A DNA stretch of 21,325 nt, taken from assembly GCA_048940645.1 (NCBI GenBank), contig JBHLOI010000058.1, positions 1-21,325 of the forward strand, given 5' to 3'. This stretch comes from Promethearchaeota archaeon (lineage in GTDB: Archaea > Asgardarchaeota > Lokiarchaeia > Sigyniarchaeales > SOKP01). The notes under the pieces are model-generated. The model was not told the origin of the DNA and searched no databases. It saw nothing but the letters and a program-made list of their open reading frames with translations. Both the position numbers and the translations under genes were made by a program. Positions 17,413 through 21,325 of the stretch are shown here, one piece after another (within the stretch, counting starts at the first letter, position 1; every line of letters starts with the position of its first letter).

Positions 17413-18483
17413 TTATCTAAGCTGAGCACCACAATGTGGGCAATATATTAGATTTTCTTCTCTATCTATCTTTTCACCACAATATCTGCAATAACTTGGG
17501 TTTTGATCTGTTTCTTCATTCGGTTTTCTTGAAACATATTTTTCTAATTTTTTGAGGCTTTCTTCTAACTCTATAATACTATTTAACATATCTGGATTAC
17601 TTTCCTCACTTTGCAATTTTACATATTCAGAAGATAATAAGTGGGATTCCATCAATTTGTCGGTTATTTTCCTCAATCTTTCGATCGCATTATTTAAAAT
17701 TCTCTTTCCGTAATCTAATCTTTGACGCTCTAATTGTATGAGCTTTTTTTCAATTTCTATTTTATGGATTCTTTTCTCTAATTTTCTAGTGTATGATAAT
17801 AATTCTTCTATAATTTCTCTATTTCTATTAAAATTTTTTCTATGGTCAATACTATTATTATATGATAAAATATTTCCCCATTCATCTAATTTTGCAATCC
17901 AATTATTAATTTTAAATCTAGTATCTTCGGTAATTCTAACGATTTCGTTTGGAGGTGTTGTTTTTTCAACAACTAATCTCATTAGTCCTGATTTATTATC
18001 AATTTTTGGTGATTTTCTGAATATTTTTACAATCTGATTAATTGGATTACTGGGATCGCTGATTTGAAAACCCTTCGCTAAAATGTCAATCACATCTCCT
18101 TTGACTACAGGTTTATCAATTAATATTAATTTAAGTACTTTGGAAAGGGTTATTAGATCTATATAAGTAAAAGTTGGAGTAAACTCAATTTCTTCAGCAG
18201 TAATTACAACTGTCTTTCTTATTTTAACAATTTCCCCAACTTTCACACCTGCATTCAATCGGAGAAGATCGTCTAATCTTATTATATTTGTCCCTTTATC
18301 TCCGATACTAGGCATAACTATTCCAGCTGTCCTCTTTTTACCTGTAATCTCAATAATACTTCCTGTTGATAAAAATAATCTGTCTACAACATATTGATCT
18401 ATATAACATAATGAGTGTCCAGCAGAATTATTTTGTAAAGCCTCAACCCTTAACCCACCACCCTCAAATCTCTGCCTTATCAA
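17413..18483 (-). CDS. Chimeric protein: Cdc48/p97/VAT N-domain (no AAA ATPase) + PAN-like coiled coil + C-terminal Zn ribbon
   Basis: aa 11-192 match the CDC48_N/CDC48_2 pattern (GSIIEITGKKRT, IIRLDDLLRLNAGVKVGEIVKI, PVVKGDVI, VVEKTTP, VRITEDT). No Walker A/B motifs. Coiled coil at aa 227-272; CRYC...CPHC at aa 332-351. Confidence 0.8.
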   Translation of the reverse strand: MIRQRFEGGGLRVEALQNNSAGHSLCYIDQYVVDRLFLSTGSIIEITGKKRTAGIVMPSIGDKGTNIIRLDDLLRLNAGVKVGEIVKIRKTVVITAEEIEFTPTFTYIDLITLSKVLKLILIDKPVVKGDVIDILAKGFQISDPSNPINQIVKIFRKSPKIDNKSGLMRLVVEKTTPPNEIVRITEDTRFKINNWIAKLDEWGNILSYNNSIDHRKNFNRNREIIEELLSYTRKLEKRIHKIEIEKKLIQLERQRLDYGKRILNNAIERLRKITDKLMESHLLSSEYVKLQSEESNPDMLNSIIELEESLKKLEKYVSRKPNEETDQNPSYCRYCGEKIDREENLIYCPHCGAQLR

Positions 18484-18680
18484 TATAAATCAAACTTTTT
18501 GATTTCAATGTATGATGCACTGTATATTATCTGTATACTAAGTATTTAAAGTTTTGCTAATTAAGGTATGAATATATTGTTAGTAACCTTAAATTTATAT
18601 ATGATGATATACAATCAATATACAGAAGCAGATAAAAAAATTAAATATTATAAAATTGTAACATTGGGAGATTGATATAA
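18484..18680. promoter_or_regulatory. Bidirectional archaeal promoter region with mirrored direct-repeat boxes
   Basis: Minus strand: TTTAAATA (18550-18543) then TATACA-GATAA-TATACAG (18537-18520). Plus strand: TTTATATA (18594-18601) then TATACA-ATCAA-TATACAG (18608-18625). Also an inverted repeat AAATCAAA-CTT-TTTGATTT (18487-18505) and a GGGAG RBS-like site (18666-18670). Confidence 0.55.
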
Positions 18681-21325
18681 ATATCAATAGAAGTATTTGA
18701 GCCATTAAGTTCTCAACTTGGTATACCTGGGACTTCTTATAGGATTCAACTGGGATTAATTAATGGAAAATGGGCATCAAGACTCTTGAAAGGACAAAAT
18801 GTCATCGATTCATACATTTATAAGGATGAAGATATAGCAGAGGGGGGATTTCCTAATCAAAATATCATTGTAGGCTGGGTATTGCGTACTGTAGCCATTC
18901 CAAACATAAACCCACATCAAATAATGAAAACAACTCAGGCTTTAATGAAACAAGCAATCGAAAAGAAAGAACAAAAAAAGGTAATGGTTCCCGTAAAAGA
19001 AACTAAAAAGGTTGAATTAGAAAAAGTACCTGAAAGTTCTAGAGAATTACCATCTGAAATTAAAGTTGAACACATAGGAAATAATAATCGTGAAGATAAT
19101 TTATTAATAAAATTATTAAAAGAAAAAGATGAAGAGTTTGAACAATTAAAACTTGAATATGAACTATTAAATCAAGAATTAAGATCAGGTAAACCATCAT
19201 TTGAAATTCAATCAGAAGGTAATCTGGGTAACAAAGAACGGATATTGAATCTCCTTAAATCAAAATATCTAACCAGCAATGAAATTGCTGAAAGACTTAG
19301 TTTAAGTAAACAAGATACTCGCACTTATCTTCAAAGACTTAAAGCAGAAGACAAAATCAAGGTTATTGATAAAAAGGGGCGATTTTTAGTTTATGCCTTA
19401 AAGAAACCTATTAGTTCAGCAAAAGAACACTATGCGCCCGAATCCTTAGAATATGATTTAAGTTATTTACTCAATCTGATAGAGATGAAAATGACTCCTA
19501 AGGATGGTGTGAAATTCACTCCAATTGATCTCATGCATATCAAAAAAATCGAAAAACGAATTGCAGATAAAAAATGGGAAAACAAGCAAGAAATAAAAGC
19601 CCTAAGAGAATTAATCGACTTTGAAAAGACCTATAAAGAAGAAATAGATGAAAAGTTGGCTGAACTGGAAGCAAGAGTTAATTATATTGCATCTGGAGTA
19701 GAATTAAAACAAAAAGTAATAGAACAAAAAGAAGAAGAGGGATTCAGGGCAGCCAAAAATCAAGTATCCACTGAAGCGATTTATAAGGTTATAGTAATCG
19801 GTGACCCTGCTGTGGGAAAAACAGAACTTCTTAAAAAGTTTGCGACTAGAGCATTTGAGGAAAGGTATCTTCCTACTGTTGGTGTTAATATTTTGAAAGA
19901 ATCTATTAATTTAGATGATTTGAATGCCACAGTAAATTTAATGTTCTGGGATGTGCCAGGGCAACCTCAATTTTATATGCTCTATCGACCGTATTTTAAT
20001 GGAGCAGATGGTATGATCTTAACTTTCGATATAACTCGTTCAAGTACGTTTAGCAATATTAACAATTGGTATTCGACTGCTATAAAATACGGATTAAGCG
20101 GAATTCCTAGAATCTTAGTTGGAATTAAAAAGGAGTTAAACTCAGAAGAGCAACGCAAAATAATTTTACCCATGGCTGAGCATTTAAGTGAAAAACTCAA
20201 TGCGCCATATTTTGAAGTGTCTCTTGATACTGGAGAAAATGTTGAGCTCATTTTTCAAACTATTGCAGAATTAGTTCATAGATATAAAAATGGCGAAAAT
20301 TGGAACGTTCATGGCATTGAACAAAAAATAGCAGCAGTTCCAGAAACCCCTTCTATAAAGTCACCTGAACCTAAACCCGCTTCCGTGATATCTGAAAAAA
20401 TTCCAATCGCCTTAAAAGAAAGTCCAATTTTTCCATCATCATTCCAATCATCTCACATATCAAGTAGTCAATCCTTCGTCAATTATATGCCACAAACTAT
20501 TTCATCAAAGAAATTAGATGAATTACGATGTCAATATTGTGGTTATATTATTTTAAAACCTTATCCTAAAGATCAACTCTGCCCTAAATGTAGGAAATTT
20601 CTTCCTGAGTTATATAAATATGTAAATAATTCAGAAGTAGAAGGAAAAAAGGAGCCCAAACAGTTTAAGACTAAAACTTCAACTCTTAGTTCAAAATTTC
20701 AAGGAAAAATTAAAGTTAAAACAAAAGCAGAATCATTTTCAGTTGAAGATGAGATTATTTATTTAAAAAATGAAGAGGAATACGTTAAATTTTTAGGTAT
20801 CACCTCTGTAGAAAGAACTCCGTTATTTAATAATAATCATCGATATAAATATCTTTTAGAATTGACAAATAACTTAGATTACATTGCAACAAGTATTCTG
20901 GGTGGAGAATTAGATAAAATGCTTCTTATTACCGATAAAAACATCGAAGAAAAGTGTCATTTCTATGTTAAGGATGAAATCATATATATTGTATATGGAG
21001 TCTTTCCTGATAAAAAAGGTAAATGGATGCTTGAGCAAATGGCAAACTATTATTCTGAATTAGTTCGTGGTAAGGATGTAAATAATTTATCTAAACTTGA
21101 AAAAAGTAATATTAACCATAAATTCATAGGGCTTCTTAAGTTCATGTTAAATGAGTATCTAGGTTTACAAGAAGTATTTACAGATCAAGAGATTCCTTAC
21201 CTTGAAGATTGGATTAGAGTTGATTATGTAGGATTATCTTCAATGTCAATAGGGGTAATATCACTCCTTTTAGATGAAGAAGGAAATCTAAATGTGGAGG
21301 TGACTGGAGAATTTGATAATCACGC
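18681..21325 (+). CDS. Giant multidomain protein (>880 aa, runs off the window): unknown N-domain - coil - winged HTH - coil - Rab-like small GTPase - Pro/Ser linker - Zn ribbon - longin-like domain(s)
   Basis: Not in the ORF track because there is no stop in the window. Manual translation is open from 18681 (after TAA 18678-18680) to the end. wHTH about 19230-19400 (KERILNLLKSKYLTSNEIAERLSLSKQDTRTYLQRLKAEDKIKV...GRFLVY); GTPase about 19782-20280 (YKVIVIGDPAVGKT, YLPTVGV, WDVPGQ); CQYC...CPKC at 20529-20591; longin-like about 20781-21160. Confidence 0.88.
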   Translation, partial: MSIEVFEPLSSQLGIPGTSYRIQLGLINGKWASRLLKGQNVIDSYIYKDEDIAEGGFPNQNIIVGWVLRTVAIPNINPHQIMKTTQALMKQAIEKKEQKKVMVPVKETKKVELEKVPESSRELPSEIKVEHIGNNNREDNLLIKLLKEKDEEFEQLKLEYELLNQELRSGKPSFEIQSEGNLGNKERILNLLKSKYLTSNEIAERLSLSKQDTRTYLQRLKAEDKIKVIDKKGRFLVYALKKPISSAKEHYAPESLEYDLSYLLNLIEMKMTPKDGVKFTPIDLMHIKKIEKRIADKKWENKQEIKALRELIDFEKTYKEEIDEKLAELEARVNYIASGVELKQKVIEQKEEEGFRAAKNQVSTEAIYKVIVIGDPAVGKTELLKKFATRAFEERYLPTVGVNILKESINLDDLNATVNLMFWDVPGQPQFYMLYRPYFNGADGMILTFDITRSSTFSNINNWYSTAIKYGLSGIPRILVGIKKELNSEEQRKIILPMAEHLSEKLNAPYFEVSLDTGENVELIFQTIAELVHRYKNGENWNVHGIEQKIAAVPETPSIKSPEPKPASVISEKIPIALKESPIFPSSFQSSHISSSQSFVNYMPQTISSKKLDELRCQYCGYIILKPYPKDQLCPKCRKFLPELYKYVNNSEVEGKKEPKQFKTKTSTLSSKFQGKIKVKTKAESFSVEDEIIYLKNEEEYVKFLGITSVERTPLFNNNHRYKYLLELTNNLDYIATSILGGELDKMLLITDKNIEEKCHFYVKDEIIYIVYGVFPDKKGKWMLEQMANYYSELVRGKDVNNLSKLEKSNINHKFIGLLKFMLNEYLGLQEVFTDQEIPYLEDWIRVDYVGLSSMSIGVISLLLDEEGNLNVEVTGEFDNH

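Noticed and set aside
17413-18483. Calling this gene cdc48/vat or pan
   Set aside because: No Walker A/B, second region of homology or HbYX tail; only non-catalytic modules are present.
17738-20251. ORFs 17738-18037 and 19982-20251
   Set aside because: Shadows of the Cdc48-N chimera and of the Rab-like domain on the opposite strand.
1-21325. CRISPR array, tRNA/rRNA, transposase/integrase or provirus
   Set aside because: No regularly spaced repeats, no GC-rich structured RNA segment and no mobile-element motifs seen; the MTase and GIY-YIG genes alone do not define an element.

Overview
AT-rich, gene-dense archaeal-type chromosomal segment, most consistent with an Asgard archaeon of the Lokiarchaeia (inference from a Rab-like GTPase, longin-like and Cdc48 N-domains, a DUF123 nuclease, GGTG(A) ribosome-binding sites and TATA promoters). 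Left to right: a partial CcdA/UreH-like membrane protein, GT87 and GT4 glycosyltransferases, a SAM methyltransferase, a fucose-isomerase-like protein, an orphan DNA methyltransferase, two tandem paralogous coiled-coil proteins, DUF72, two membrane proteins, a possible PC4-like protein, an acyl-CoA cluster (LuxE-like, MenB/BadI-like, 3-hydroxyacyl-CoA dehydrogenase, acyl-CoA dehydrogenase), a 56-aa Cys-rich mini-protein abutting a GIY-YIG nuclease, and a divergent pair of mosaic genes. The pair is the highlight. One gene encodes a Cdc48 N-domain that stops where the ATPase should begin, joined to a PAN-like coiled coil and a Zn ribbon. The other is a >880-aa ORF absent from the supplied track: unknown N-domain, winged HTH, Rab-like GTPase with degenerate G4/G5, Zn ribbon and longin-like domain(s). 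Their two promoters carry mirror-image TATACA-N5-TATACAG boxes, suggesting a co-regulated module. All family calls come from motif recognition by eye; no searches were run.
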